Part shown: positions 1 through 10,614 of the stretch, one piece after another
How the letters are laid out: every line of letters starts with the position of its first letter
Numbering within the stretch: position 1 is the first letter of the stretch
NCBI GenBank assembly: GCA_040081625.1
Contig: JBEBGD010000002.1
Coordinates: forward strand, 32,001 to 96,000
Direction of reading: 5' to 3'
Origin: Chthoniobacteraceae bacterium
GTDB taxonomy: Bacteria; Verrucomicrobiota; Verrucomicrobiia; Chthoniobacterales; Chthoniobacteraceae
Length of the DNA: 64,000 nucleotides
Program-made: the position numbers and the translations under genes
Notes under the pieces: generated by a model
Databases searched by the model: none
What the model saw: the letters and a program-made list of their open reading frames with translations, nothing else
Told to the model about the DNA's origin: nothing

Positions 1-679
1 TCTCTCCCATCTCGCCATGCGCCGCGATCTGCACTCGCTGCACCACGTGCTGAAGGGTCTGAACACGCTCAGTCGCCGCCGCTTCGAGCCTCCGCCCGCG
101 ACCGATTCCGTGCTGATCGACTACGCGGACGATTCGACCTTCAGCGTCGCATCGGGCTTCTACCATCCGACGATGCGCACGGTCGAAGGCGACATCGTCC
201 CGTCGAGTGAAGTGTTACTGCACGAATTTCTCGCCGGCAACGAATGGCAAAGTCGCGCGATCAATTCGCTCACCGTGCTGCGCCGACTCGGAACGCGCGC
301 GCCCGCCGCTGCCGATGCGCCCGGAGAGTGGACGATCACTTCCGCGCCTCGCGTGCGGACGAGTGAAGACGGCGCTCAACTCGAGATCGAGACGACATGG
401 ACATTCACAGTGCCGCCGAAGGAGTTCCGCTGGCTGAAGCTCATTGCGTCCAATGATCGGGACGCCTTCGAGATCGTGCGGGGCCTCGTCGCTCCCGAGG
501 CGGGTGCGTCGCCGGCGACTGATCGCTGGGTCGTGCGCGTTCCGCCGGACACAGAGCCGGGCGATTTCCGGCTGAAGCTTTTCGTGGTCGATCACCTCGC
601 GGCGACGCAGGGAAGCGGCGCGCCGAAGAGCACGCAGATACATTCGCTCGGCCAGGCCCGACTCGCTCCGGGTCGCTGA
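1..679 (+). CDS. C-terminal part of a hypothetical protein (probably begins upstream of the window)
   Basis: Open frame to the stop at 679 with host-like GC-rich codons; no family recognised. Confidence 0.55.
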   Translation, partial: LSHLAMRRDLHSLHHVLKGLNTLSRRRFEPPPATDSVLIDYADDSTFSVASGFYHPTMRTVEGDIVPSSEVLLHEFLAGNEWQSRAINSLTVLRRLGTRAPAAADAPGEWTITSAPRVRTSEDGAQLEIETTWTFTVPPKEFRWLKLIASNDRDAFEIVRGLVAPEAGASPATDRWVVRVPPDTEPGDFRLKLFVVDHLAATQGSGAPKSTQIHSLGQARLAPGR

Positions 680-682
680 CGA

Positions 683-1117
683 TTACACCTTTGCCGCACG
701 CAGATGCGCGAAGCGCACCGACCAGTCGTCCGGCAGCGGCACGGGCCGGGCGCGCGGCATCTCGATCACGCAGAGCATCTGCCGCGACTGCGCGATGAGC
801 GCGCCATCCGCGGGCCGCTTCACATCGAAGGCGACCCAGAACCGCATCCGGTCGAGCGAATCGAGCCGCCCCTCGACGACGAGCCGGTCGCCGAGTTTCG
901 CCGGGCGCTTGTAGTCGATCTCCGTGCGCACGACGACCGGGAAGGTGCCGCGGTCCGCCATGCCGACGAGCGCCATGCCGAGCTGCTCGGCGAGCAGCGT
1001 GCGCGTGACTTCGATGAAACGCAGGTAGGCGATGTTGTGCACGACGCCGGCGCAGTCAGTGTCGAAGAACATGACCTGCACGTCGGTCGCGATGCGCGGA
1101 GTTTCGGGTGAAGACAT
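683..1117 (-). CDS. acyl-CoA thioesterase (4HBT/YbgC-like hot-dog fold)
   Basis: Motifs DTDCAGVVHNIAYLRFIE and IDYKRPAKLGD; ATG at 1117. Confidence 0.9.
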   Translation of the reverse strand: MSSPETPRIATDVQVMFFDTDCAGVVHNIAYLRFIEVTRTLLAEQLGMALVGMADRGTFPVVVRTEIDYKRPAKLGDRLVVEGRLDSLDRMRFWVAFDVKRPADGALIAQSRQMLCVIEMPRARPVPLPDDWSVRFAHLRAAKV

Positions 1118-1208
1118 GGAGTGTGCATAATCGAGCGGGCGCACCGGTGCGAGCACGAGTGAGAGCAAGAGTTGCCCGCCCCGCGCCGCCCGTGTAGCAC
1201 ATGCGCCT

Positions 1209-2936
1209 TTGAACGACGCGCCAACCAATCCAACCACGCTGAACCGCTGGCTCCCGCTCGCGGCGCCGCTGCTCATCGTCGTCGCGGCGCTCTGGTATTA
1301 CGGCAGCTATTTGCGGTTCTGGTTCAATCCTCACGACGAAGGAGGAACCGCAGTGCTTACGGCGATGCGGCTCCTCGCCGGCGAGGCTCCGATCCGCGAT
1401 GTCGAGCTCGGCTACAATGTCGGCTGGTTCTGGCCGATCGTCGCGCTCTTCAAAATCACCGGCGTCAACTTCCTCGTCATGCGCGGTTTTTTCTTCGTGC
1501 TCTCGACGATCACCGCGCTGCTGGGCTGGTCGCTCGTGCGTCGGCTCACGCGCAACGAATGGCTCGCGCTCGGCGTCGGGCTCGCGCTCGTGATTCTCCC
1601 CGGCTCGCAGTTCAAGAACTACAACCCGCTGCTCTGCGTTGCGAACATGCTCTGCGTCGCCAACGCCGCGCTCGGTTCCGGAGTGGCTCTGACCGCGTTC
1701 TGGCGGCGTCTCGCGTGGGGCGGGATCGTCCTGGGCCTCACGCTGCTCGTGCGCATCGACATCGGTTATCTCTTCGCCTTGCTGTGGGCGGGATTCCTCG
1801 TGCTGCGCCTGTTCGAGTGCCGGCTCGCTTTCGGCCGGCGGCCCGGCGATGCGGCGCTCAGCGCGGCGATCCTGTTTGCCGGCGTGGTCGTCGTGCATGC
1901 TCCGGCATGGGGCATCGCGAAAGCCGGAGGCTACGAGAAGGAATTCACCGCCCAATACGAGACGTGGGCAGGCTATCTCCGCGCCGAGGCGCGCTCGCTC
2001 GCGGCGCCCGCACCCGCGGCGCCGAAGCCTCCCGCGCTCGCGCCCGCGCAACAAGCCGATCGCTCGACGCTGCCGCGCACCGACTGGGCGACGGCGCGCA
2101 CCCTTCGCGACCCGGACAAGTCGGTGCTCTTCGCGCTGACCTATGCGCCGTTGTTGATTTACGCGCTCGCGATCTTCTGGGCGGTGACCCTCATCGGTCG
2201 CGCGTGGGCCCGGCGCGAGTTCGCGGTCGATCAACCTGCGGCGCTCGCGTTGCTCGTGCTCATCGGGTCGATGGCCGCGTTTCCGCAGTTCTTCTTTTTC
2301 CGGCCGGACCGCCCGCATCTTTCCGAGTTCATGCCCGGCTACATCGTCGCGACGGTGTGCCTCGTGGGCATGCTCGGAGCGCGCCTGCGCTGGATCATCG
2401 GCGGGCTGCTTGCGGTGCAGCTCGGCTTGTTCGGGTGGTTCGCGCTCGACCACTACTCGGCCGGCACCATCGCCGCGCGATGGAACATCAAGGAGAGCAA
2501 ACGCCAGCTCTTCAACGGCGCCAACGGCGTGCGGGTGTGGGTTCACAAGGACAAGGAATTCCCCATCCTCGAGGGCGTGCGCAGCGCCGTGGTCGAGCAC
2601 TCGCGCCCCGGCGACTGGCTCGTGTGCTACCCGTATCAGCCGGGCTACAACGTGATGACCGACCGGTCCACCTACGAGCACGACCTTTACCAGGACAACG
2701 CCACCGCGCCGCGTGGCTGGTCGCGCTACGCGATCCGTCGCATCGAGGAGAAAAAGCCGGCCGTCCTCGTGATCGACAACCGTGCGATCAACAAAGTCGA
2801 GGCATCGCGCTTCAGCGTGTGGGCTGCGCCGGTGTATGAATACCTGCAGGCGAACTACGAGCTGTGCGGCACCTTCGGCCCGAAGGATCGCGGTAACCGC
2901 GATCGAATCGAAGTCTTCGCGCGGCGCGCTCGATGA
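1209..2936 (+). CDS. multi-pass membrane glycosyltransferase-like protein (GT-C/ArnT-like)
   Basis: PHDEG motif after the first TM helix, many TM segments; ATGA overlap with rfbA. Confidence 0.65.
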   Translation: MNDAPTNPTTLNRWLPLAAPLLIVVAALWYYGSYLRFWFNPHDEGGTAVLTAMRLLAGEAPIRDVELGYNVGWFWPIVALFKITGVNFLVMRGFFFVLSTITALLGWSLVRRLTRNEWLALGVGLALVILPGSQFKNYNPLLCVANMLCVANAALGSGVALTAFWRRLAWGGIVLGLTLLVRIDIGYLFALLWAGFLVLRLFECRLAFGRRPGDAALSAAILFAGVVVVHAPAWGIAKAGGYEKEFTAQYETWAGYLRAEARSLAAPAPAAPKPPALAPAQQADRSTLPRTDWATARTLRDPDKSVLFALTYAPLLIYALAIFWAVTLIGRAWARREFAVDQPAALALLVLIGSMAAFPQFFFFRPDRPHLSEFMPGYIVATVCLVGMLGARLRWIIGGLLAVQLGLFGWFALDHYSAGTIAARWNIKESKRQLFNGANGVRVWVHKDKEFPILEGVRSAVVEHSRPGDWLVCYPYQPGYNVMTDRSTYEHDLYQDNATAPRGWSRYAIRRIEEKKPAVLVIDNRAINKVEASRFSVWAAPVYEYLQANYELCGTFGPKDRGNRDRIEVFARRAR

Positions 2937-3802
2937 ACACCAAAGGCATCATCCTCGCCGGCGGCGCCGGCACCCGCCTCCACCCGCTCACCCGCGTCGC
3001 GTGCAAGCAACTGCTGCCCGTCTATGACAAGCCGATGATCTACTACCCACTCGCCACGCTGATGCTCGGCGGCGTGCGCGAAATGCTGATCATCTCCACG
3101 CCGAAAGACGTGCCGAGCTTCCGCGCGCTCTTCGGCGACGGCTCGCATCTCGGGATGAAAATCGAATACGCCGAGCAGGCGGAGCCGAAAGGCATCGCGC
3201 AGGCCTTCCTCATCGGCGAGCAGTTCATCGCCGGCCAGCCGAGCTGCCTCATCCTCGGCGACAACATTTTCTACGGGAAGCTCGACTTCTTTCGCGAGGC
3301 GCTCGCGCTGCGCGAAGGCGCGTGCGTCTTCGGCTACGAAGTGCGCGACCCGGAGCGCTACGGCGTCGTCGAGTTCGCGCCCGATGGCCGCGTCATCAGC
3401 ATCGAGGAAAAGCCGAAGCAGCCGAAGAGCCGCTTCGCCGTGCCGGGGCTCTACGTCTATGACGCGCAGGTCGTGGACATCTGCCGCAACATGAAGCCGA
3501 GCCCGCGCGGTGAACTCGAGATCACCGACGTGAACCTCGAATACCTGCGTCGCGGCACGCTCCGCGTGAAAGTGCTCGGCCGCGGCATGGCGTGGCTCGA
3601 TACCGGAACGCAGACCAGCCTGCTCGAAGCCGCCAACTACATCGCCGCGATCCAAAACCGCCAGGGCCTGATGATCGCGTGCATCGAGGAGATCGCATTT
3701 CACCAGCGCTGGATCGACCAGTCGCAACTCGAGCGAGTCATCGCCGCGCTGCCGAAGAACGAATACCGCGAGTATCTCCAACTCGTCGCCGACGGGCTCT
3801 GA
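2933..3802 (+). CDS. rfbA: glucose-1-phosphate thymidylyltransferase
   Basis: [35 protein letters not shown] signatures. Confidence 0.97.
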   Translation: MNTKGIILAGGAGTRLHPLTRVACKQLLPVYDKPMIYYPLATLMLGGVREMLIISTPKDVPSFRALFGDGSHLGMKIEYAEQAEPKGIAQAFLIGEQFIAGQPSCLILGDNIFYGKLDFFREALALREGACVFGYEVRDPERYGVVEFAPDGRVISIEEKPKQPKSRFAVPGLYVYDAQVVDICRNMKPSPRGELEITDVNLEYLRRGTLRVKVLGRGMAWLDTGTQTSLLEAANYIAAIQNRQGLMIACIEEIAFHQRWIDQSQLERVIAALPKNEYREYLQLVADGL

Positions 3803-3870
3803 CATTTCTCTGACAAACGTCGCACGCGGCTCTGACGACGTGCGCGCGCGGGGCGCGTCTATTCAGCGAC

Positions 3871-6105
3871 ATGAAAACGCTGCTCGCTCTCGCGCTCCTC
3901 ACCGCCTCGGCCTTCGCCGACGGCCTCATCATCATCCGCAACCCGCCGCCGCGGCCGCATCCGATTCCACACCCGGTGTTCGCGCCGCTCGAGGTCGTCT
4001 TTCACAAGGTCGATGTGACGATCGACGGGCAGAAGGCGACGACGCGCGTGGACCAGGAGTTCTTCAACCCGAACGGCGTCGCGCTCGAGGGCGACTACAT
4101 GTTTCCGATCCCGGACGGCGCGCACATCGACAAGTTCACGATGCGCATCGGCGACAAGGACATCGAGGCCGAGCTGCTCGACGCGGCGAAGGCGCGCAAG
4201 ATTTACGAGGACATCGTGCGCAGCCAGCGCGACCCGGCGCTGCTCGAATACACGAGGCGCGCCGCGTTTCACGTGCGCATCTTTCCGATCGAGGCGCGGT
4301 CGAACAAGAAGGTGCAGCTCAGCTACACGGAGCTGCTGCGCAATGACGGCGGGCTCGTGTCGTATCTCTACCCGCTCAACACGGAGAAGTTTTCGGCGCA
4401 GCCGTTGAAGACGGCGTCGGTGCGCGTGTCGCTCGCGCAGGGTTCGCCGATCAAGGCGCTCTACTCGCCATCGCATAGCGTCGAGATCAGGCGCGACGGC
4501 GACCGCAAGGCGACCGTCGGTTGGGAGACGACGAACGCGCGGCCCGATCGCGACTTCCAGCTCCTCTTCTCGACGGCGGACAGCGAGGTCGGCGTAAACC
4601 TGCTCACACAAAAAAGCACGGGCGACGACGGGTGGTTTCTGCTGCTCGCGTCGCCGGGGGCGGACGTGATGAAGCCGGGAGAGAAGGTGAACCCGAAGGA
4701 CGTGATCTTCGTGCTCGATACAAGCGGCTCGATGGCCGGGAAGAAGCTCGAGCAGGCGAAGAAGGCGCTGAACTTCTGCGTCGAGAATCTCAACGACACG
4801 GACCGCTTCGAGGTGCTGCGCTTCGCGACGGAAGTCGAGCCGTGCTTCGACAAGCTGAGCGACGCGGCGAAGGCGAACCGCGAGCAGGCGACGAAGTGGA
4901 TCGACGCGCTCAAGCCGATCGGCGGCACCGCGATCAACGACGCGCTCGCCCGCGCGCTCAAGCTGCGGCCCGCGGGAAACGACCGGCCTTTCGTCGTGAT
5001 CTTCCTCACCGATGGGCAGCCGACGGTCGGCGAGACGAATGAGGATCGCATCGTCGCGTCGGTCGATGCGGGCGCGGGCACGCGGGTCTTCTGCTTCGGC
5101 ATCGGCACGGATGTGAACACGCACCTGCTCGACAAAATCGTGGAGCGCACGCGGGCAGCGAGCCAGTTCGTGCTGCCGGAGGAGGATCTCGAGGTGAAGG
5201 TGTCGGCGTTCTTCACGAAGATCAAAGAGCCGCTACTCGCGAACCTGCGCATCACGTGGCCCGAGGGCGTGCGCGTCTCGAAGCTCTATCCGTCGGCGCC
5301 CCCGGATCTGTTCCGTGGCGATCAGCTCGTCCTCACCGGGCGCTACAGCGGCAGCGGAGAAGGTGACGTGGTGCTCGAAGGCACGCTCAACGGCCAGCCG
5401 CGCCGCATCGTTCAGCGCGTGAAATTTCCCGAGACCGCTGGAGGCAACGACTTCATCGCGCAGCTCTGGGCCACGCGACGCGTCGGCTTCCTGCTCGATG
5501 AAATCCGTCTGCGCGGTGAGAACAAGGAACTGCGCGACGAGGTCGTCGATCTCGCTCGACGATTCGCAATCGTGACGCCCTACACGAGCTATCTCATCGT
5601 CGAGGACGAGGCGCGCCGGAATGTGCCGGTGACGATGCGCTCGCTGCAGGAGCTCGACCGCGATGCCGCGATGCAGAGTGCGCTGCGACAAAGCTGGCAG
5701 GCGTTGCCCGCGGCGAAGGCCGGCGATGTCGGCAGCTACAACGCGCGGGGAAACAAGGCGCTCAAGGATGCCGCAGCGCCGGGTGATGCGCTCGCGCAGA
5801 GTAAGCGCGAGATCGGAAAGGCGATGGCGACACCCGCGCCGGCCGGTGCTCCGCCGGTTCGACTCGATGCTGTGCAGCAGCAGGCCGCGCACGTCGTGAA
5901 CGGCAAGGCCTTCTACCAAAACGGCGCGCAATGGATCGACGCCGACGCACAGCGGCAGACGACGGCGAAGCGGCAGCAGATCAAGTTCGCGAGCGAGGAA
6001 TACTTCCGTCTGCTCGCGGAGAATCACGACGCGGCGCAGTGGCTCGCGCTCGGGCGCAATGTGCAGTTCGCGCTCGGCGGGACGCTTTACGATATCGTCG
6101 AGTGA
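3871..6105 (+). CDS. secreted VIT + VWA domain protein (inter-alpha-trypsin inhibitor-like)
   Basis: Signal peptide, VIT-like N-terminus, MIDAS DTSGSM and FLTDG. Confidence 0.9.
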   Translation: MKTLLALALLTASAFADGLIIIRNPPPRPHPIPHPVFAPLEVVFHKVDVTIDGQKATTRVDQEFFNPNGVALEGDYMFPIPDGAHIDKFTMRIGDKDIEAELLDAAKARKIYEDIVRSQRDPALLEYTRRAAFHVRIFPIEARSNKKVQLSYTELLRNDGGLVSYLYPLNTEKFSAQPLKTASVRVSLAQGSPIKALYSPSHSVEIRRDGDRKATVGWETTNARPDRDFQLLFSTADSEVGVNLLTQKSTGDDGWFLLLASPGADVMKPGEKVNPKDVIFVLDTSGSMAGKKLEQAKKALNFCVENLNDTDRFEVLRFATEVEPCFDKLSDAAKANREQATKWIDALKPIGGTAINDALARALKLRPAGNDRPFVVIFLTDGQPTVGETNEDRIVASVDAGAGTRVFCFGIGTDVNTHLLDKIVERTRAASQFVLPEEDLEVKVSAFFTKIKEPLLANLRITWPEGVRVSKLYPSAPPDLFRGDQLVLTGRYSGSGEGDVVLEGTLNGQPRRIVQRVKFPETAGGNDFIAQLWATRRVGFLLDEIRLRGENKELRDEVVDLARRFAIVTPYTSYLIVEDEARRNVPVTMRSLQELDRDAAMQSALRQSWQALPAAKAGDVGSYNARGNKALKDAAAPGDALAQSKREIGKAMATPAPAGAPPVRLDAVQQQAAHVVNGKAFYQNGAQWIDADAQRQTTAKRQQIKFASEEYFRLLAENHDAAQWLALGRNVQFALGGTLYDIVE

Positions 6106-6176
6106 CGCGCGTTCAGTTGCGTGGCGTGTCGAGCCGTGCCAAAGCGTGCGCGGCTCCCACGCCTCCCACGCCGCGC

Positions 6177-6674
6177 ATGATTTCGATCGAAGAACATTCC
6201 CGCACCTTGCTCGCCGCCCAGGGCTATTGCGAGCTGTCGATGTTCTCGGAAGCACTCGTGGAGCTCGATTCGCTGCCGGCAAAGGCGCAGCAACACCCGG
6301 CGGCGATCGAACTGCGGCTGCTCGTCCTCATGCAGGCGCGGCGCTGGCGGCAGGCGCTCTCGGCGGGACGTGAACTCACGCAGATCGCGCCGGATCGATC
6401 GAGCGGTTTCATCCATGCGGCGTTCTGCCTGCACGAGCTGGGGAAAACTGAGGAAGCGCGCGCGCTGCTGGTGAGCGGCCCGACGACGCTGCACGCGGAG
6501 CCGGTGTTTCACTACAATCTCGCGTGCTACGAATGCGTGCTCGGCAATCTTAATGCGGCCCGCGAGCACCTCGCCAGGAGCGTGAAGCTCGACAAGAAAT
6601 TTCGCGACTACTCGCGGACGGACCCGGACCTCAAGGCGCTGCGTGAGAACGGCGAGTCGCAGGTCATTCCTTAG
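6177..6674 (+). CDS. TPR-repeat protein
   Basis: AAQGYCEL N-terminus and YNLACY...DPDL C-terminal TPR end motif. Confidence 0.8.
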   Translation: MISIEEHSRTLLAAQGYCELSMFSEALVELDSLPAKAQQHPAAIELRLLVLMQARRWRQALSAGRELTQIAPDRSSGFIHAAFCLHELGKTEEARALLVSGPTTLHAEPVFHYNLACYECVLGNLNAAREHLARSVKLDKKFRDYSRTDPDLKALRENGESQVIP

Positions 6675-7386
6675 CTTCGTCCCCTTCGCCATTCGTCGGG
6701 TGCGTCCGCTTTTTGCGCAGGCGCAGCCAGTTGTTCCACGTCTTTTTGAATGCCTGCGTGGGCGAGAGGTAGCGCTGGTTGAGCTCCGTGCCGGCCTTGA
6801 TCTGGTCGAGCAATCCGCGCACGGAAAACTCCGGCGCATCGAGGATCGTGTAGGCGGTGCCGATGGCGGACTCGTGATGCGCGTCGCTGCCGGCGATCAT
6901 TGGCAGGTTCCGCTTTTGCGCGTAGTCGAAGGCTTTTCGATTGTAGCGCTTGAGGGTCGTCGCGGCGTTGAAGACCTCGAGCGCGTCGATCTCGAGCGTG
7001 TCGAGCACGGACTCGCGGATGCCCGCGCGAAACAAGTCGTAGGGGTGCGGCGGGATGGCGAGCCCGCCCATGTCGTGAACGAGTTTGCATACTTCCGCCG
7101 CGGGCGTGCCTTTCAAATGCGGCAGGATCACGCCAAGGCAGAGCAAGTGGCCCTCGGCGGTCGTGACCTCGACGCCGGGGATCACGATGAAGTCATCGAC
7201 CGGCTTGCCGTCTTCGCGCACGAGGCCCTTGTCGAGCAGGTAGCGCATCGCGTCGCAGGTATTGTGATCGGTCATCGCGAAGCCGTGCAGTCCTTTCTTA
7301 CGAGCGGTCTCGATGAGCGCCTCGGGCGCGCTCACGCCGTCGCCCGAGAACCACGAGTGGCAGTGGAGGTCGATGTTGAAGGGCAT
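6664..7386 (-). CDS. PHP-family metallophosphoesterase
   Basis: DLHCHS, TDHN, GSDAH motifs. Confidence 0.92.
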   Translation of the reverse strand: MPFNIDLHCHSWFSGDGVSAPEALIETARKKGLHGFAMTDHNTCDAMRYLLDKGLVREDGKPVDDFIVIPGVEVTTAEGHLLCLGVILPHLKGTPAAEVCKLVHDMGGLAIPPHPYDLFRAGIRESVLDTLEIDALEVFNAATTLKRYNRKAFDYAQKRNLPMIAGSDAHHESAIGTAYTILDAPEFSVRGLLDQIKAGTELNQRYLSPTQAFKKTWNNWLRLRKKRTHPTNGEGDEAKE

Positions 7387-7399
7387 GTGCCGGAGAGTA

Positions 7400-7478
7400 A
7401 GTGCTCAGTGCTCAGTGCAAAGTGCGCAGTGAAGATTCTCGCGCCGGACTTGCACTGAGAACTGAGAACTGAGAACTG
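7400..7478. repeat. short heptamer tandem repeats forming an imperfect inverted pair in a divergent intergenic region
   Basis: AGTGCTC-type units at ~7400-7430 face ACTGAGA x3 at ~7454-7478. Confidence 0.7.
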
Positions 7479-7495
7479 CGGACTCCTCACTCGCC

Positions 7496-8035
7496 ATGTT
7501 CGCCTTCAAAGAATGGACCCTCATCTGCGCCGCGCTCGCCCGCGGTGAGCAAAGCATCATCCTGCGCAAAGGCGGCATCGCGGAAGGACGCGCGGGCTTC
7601 CGTTTTCAGCACGCGGACTTCGTGCTCTTTCCCACGCTCTTTCACGAGCAGGTGAACAAGCTGCGGCTGCCCGCGAGCACACCGCTCCCCGCGCAGCGCG
7701 CCGATGGCCAGCACGAGATCACGCTCGCCGCGCACGTCGAGTGGACGGCCGACGTGACGGATTTGGAAAAGGTCTGCGCGCTCGAACCGCATCACCTCTG
7801 GACGCGCGCGGAGATCGAGAAGCGCTTCCGCCAGGACGACGCGCCCGGCGTCAGCATCGCCTTCGTGCGCATCTCCGCGCTGAGCGCGCCGCTCGTCTTC
7901 CCCGACTCGCCCAAGTTCGGCGGCTGCCGTTCGTGGATCGAAGTGCCCGAGTTGCCCGCCGGCACCGCGCTCGCGCCCGTGCTGGACGACGCGACGCATG
8001 TCGCACGCGAGGCAGCCGTTCGCGCGCTGCTGTAG
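7496..8035 (+). CDS. DUF1802 family protein
   Basis: AFKEW...GEQSIILRKGGIAE, LFPTLFH and GCRSW motifs. Confidence 0.88.
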   Translation: MFAFKEWTLICAALARGEQSIILRKGGIAEGRAGFRFQHADFVLFPTLFHEQVNKLRLPASTPLPAQRADGQHEITLAAHVEWTADVTDLEKVCALEPHHLWTRAEIEKRFRQDDAPGVSIAFVRISALSAPLVFPDSPKFGGCRSWIEVPELPAGTALAPVLDDATHVAREAAVRALL

Positions 8036-8065
8036 GGCTCCGAGCCCCCGGCCTGCCGCGGCAGG

Positions 8066-8737
8066 TTACAGTCCTGCGACCACGCGCGGCCCGCCCGCGA
8101 GCCGGTCCATTTTCACCCGATCGAGCACGCACGCGGGATCGAAGTTCGTCCCGTGCTGTGCGCGAAACTGCGAGAGCATCCGTGGCGTGATCTCGTCGCG
8201 ATGGACCACTGGCTGCGGCGCGAAACGGCGCGAGCGCTCGGTCTTCCGAATGGGCCAGAGTCGTGCGAGAAACGACGGCTTCCCGGGTTGAAGCTGTGCG
8301 AGACGCGTCCCGCCATTGTCGCGCGACGAGCCACCAGCCACGCTGAGCACTGTCGCACGACGGCGCGCGTAAAAGCTGAGCTGGCGCCCGAGATCCTCAC
8401 CCGGCAGCCACGCGGGCGCGCGCAGGCGTTCATCCATCAGCCACCACGGACTGCGCGCGCAGGCGCCATCGCGATAGACGACCGCCGTGCGTGTGGCGGT
8501 GACCTCTTCGCCGCGGCGCGTGCGGTGGGAAAACTCGTAGGTGACCACCTTATGCTCGACGCCCGCCGACTTGAGCACCGCGCCGAGTTGCACCGCAAAA
8601 GCAGCGGATGGATCGGCGGCGTCCCGGGTCTCGACGCGGGCGGCGCGCACGAGCGACCAGGTCGCCGACGGGCGCAACGCACCACAACCGGCGAGCACTA
8701 GGCCGGCAGTGAGCGAAAGTAAAAGCGAGCGGCGCAT
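8066..8737 (-). CDS. putative lipoprotein
   Basis: Lipobox LAGC after a hydrophobic signal; ATG at 8737. Confidence 0.65.
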   Translation of the reverse strand: MRRSLLLSLTAGLVLAGCGALRPSATWSLVRAARVETRDAADPSAAFAVQLGAVLKSAGVEHKVVTYEFSHRTRRGEEVTATRTAVVYRDGACARSPWWLMDERLRAPAWLPGEDLGRQLSFYARRRATVLSVAGGSSRDNGGTRLAQLQPGKPSFLARLWPIRKTERSRRFAPQPVVHRDEITPRMLSQFRAQHGTNFDPACVLDRVKMDRLAGGPRVVAGL

Positions 8738-8823
8738 GGCGGTTGGTCTTGGAAAGGCGGGGCTCTTAAAAGAAAGGACCGTGCCGCTCAACGCCAAAGT
8801 CTCGCTCCGGGCCGCCGCGAGGC

Positions 8824-8985
8824 TTAGCGAAACTTCTGCGTGCGGATCGCTCCGCCCGCCGCTTCTGACTTGTGGTAGTGGAGCGTCGGGCTGTCGCCAC
8901 GGTAGATCGCGGCCGATGGCTTCGTCTTACAGCCGGATAATAGTGCGGTGGTCACAAAAACCAGAAGTAGGACGCGGGGAGACAT
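8824..8985 (-). CDS. small putative lipoprotein
   Basis: Lipobox LSGC; 53 aa. Confidence 0.55.
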   Translation of the reverse strand: MSPRVLLLVFVTTALLSGCKTKPSAAIYRGDSPTLHYHKSEAAGGAIRTQKFR

Positions 8986-9091
8986 GGGCCGGAACGCTAG
9001 CGGCCCCTGATGACACGGCAACGTGCAATCCCTTGAAAGTCTCCGTTGCGCCGGGCGAGGGGTGGCCTAGCTTCGCGGCCTCCGAAAAAAC

Positions 9092-9448
9092 GGGGGCGCA
9101 CTGGTTTCGACTGTTGGTTCGATACGCGTGCTGCATGCCGGGGAAGTCTGTGATCCTCGTTATCAATCCAGGCAAAAAAACAAACGCCAACTACGACGAA
9201 GAACTGGCTCTCGCGGCCTAAATAATCCGCGACGCGACTCCATCAACGCCTGCTAGGTGGAGTGGCGACGACAGCAGGCTGTGCCCGATGCGGAGCGACC
9301 GCGCAGCGGGTGAACTTCGCCCGTGGATGCTCGGTCGAGTGAAGCGCGCCAGCCCGCGTCACCCGGCTTAAATCAATGGCGGGACAAGCATGTAGATGCA
9401 GGTGGGCACAGCCATCAGGACAGGGGTTCGATTCCCCTCGCCTCCACC
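9092..9448 (+). ncRNA. ssrA: tmRNA; tag peptide ANYDEELALAA at 9186-9221
   Basis: 5' GGGGGCG pairs with 3' CGCCTCC-A; T-loop GGTTCGATTCC; internal tag frame ending LALAA-stop. Confidence 0.97.
9420..9447 (+). repeat. attL core (3' end of ssrA)
   Basis: ACAGGGGTTCGATTCCCCTCGCCTCCAC, identical to 54202-54229. Confidence 0.97.
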
Positions 9449-9487
9449 TCTCTGATTATCAGAGAGTTACATCAGAAATATCGGCAG

Positions 9488-9507
9488 GTAGGAACGTAAG
9501 TAGGAAC
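9488..9507 (+). promoter_or_regulatory. putative integrase arm-type sites, GTAGGAAC x2
   Basis: 9488-9495 and 9500-9507; same pair with the same 12-bp period at 54097-54116. Confidence 0.8.
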
Positions 9508-9788
9508 ACGGTTTCCGAAGTGCAGCGATGTTCGCTGATACTGGAGCAGCGAAATTTGCCCGTGGATCGTTCGGCCCGAGCGGCGGCGTCGACATCTCGA
9601 TCAGCAAAATTCACTCACCGAGTGTTCGTCGATGTTCACCAAAATCACTGATGTCGGAGTGAGCTAAAAATCGGCCGTTTTCAGCCAGGTCACCCCCGCA
9701 CCCGCCGGATCAGAACGCGCTGGCGGGCAAATTTGGAGGTCGAGTTTTCAGCGGTCAGATCGAGTTTGCCGTGGTGCCGTGAACAAGA

Positions 9789-10220
9789 ATGAATGCGGCG
9801 ATGAATCACGAAGCCAACTCGACCTGCGGCAACATTCACGTTCAGCAGATCATCCTTCGTCTCATGGCCTCGGTCACGTTGATCGCGTTGCCTGCGGTGA
9901 TTCTTCCTCGTCTCGCCGTGGAAAAGCTCTCGTGGTTTGTCGGATTAAAGGAGCCGCCACATTCACCACTGCTGATCTACATGATGGCAGGAGCTTCAGC
10001 GGTCTACGTCGCTCAAGGCGTCCTGCTTTGGTTCATCTCCCGCGATGTCGTGCGGTATCGTCAGCTCGTGATGCTCATCGGCTGGATGACCGTGATTCTT
10101 GGACCGGTGTTCGTGTGGATCCATCTCCAGGCTGGAACTCCGCGTTGGTGGATGGTCACAGACAGCTTGAGTTGCTTCGTCGCTGGTCTTGCTCTGCTGT
10201 GGGCTTGTCGATCGCGCTGA
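9789..10220 (+). CDS. four-TM membrane protein
   Basis: Four hydrophobic segments; RDVVRYR loop. Confidence 0.7.
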   Translation: MNAAMNHEANSTCGNIHVQQIILRLMASVTLIALPAVILPRLAVEKLSWFVGLKEPPHSPLLIYMMAGASAVYVAQGVLLWFISRDVVRYRQLVMLIGWMTVILGPVFVWIHLQAGTPRWWMVTDSLSCFVAGLALLWACRSR

Positions 10221-10335
10221 CTGCAAAATGTGGATCGACCGACGCAACACGAGATCGATCGATCTTTTGGGATTGCTCATTTGCAGTCGGTTCCAGCAAA
10301 ACTCCAATGTCCTCCGACCACCTCAACTCATTCGT

Positions 10336-10545
10336 ATGCACACATACTACGTCCATCGAAACGGTAAAACCACCGGGCCATTCCCAGCGAGCCAACTCGT
10401 GGCACTGCTTCGCACGCACAAAATCAGCGAAGACGATCTGGGAGTAGAATCTGGATGCGAAGACTGGCAACCACTGCGCGAAATCGTCGATCCTGCTTTA
10501 CTCGCACCACGACCACCGACTACCGAACGAGCGCGGCAGAATTAG
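10336..10545 (+). CDS. small GYF_2 (DUF4339)-like protein
   Basis: YYVHRNGKTTGPF...EDWQPL pattern. Confidence 0.7.
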   Translation: MHTYYVHRNGKTTGPFPASQLVALLRTHKISEDDLGVESGCEDWQPLREIVDPALLAPRPPTTERARQN

Positions 10546-10614
10546 AAGCGCATCGCAGTAGTAGTCGCCCCCAGACACGATGGGACTGCGTGAATCATTC
10601 CTGACCGCAACCGC

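Noticed and set aside
7400..7478. Heptamer repeats as a CRISPR or novel element
   Set aside because: No spacers; ordinary short intergenic tandem repeats
8541..9221. 226-aa ORF ending ANYDEELALAA
   Set aside because: Chance extension of the tmRNA tag frame, antisense to real genes
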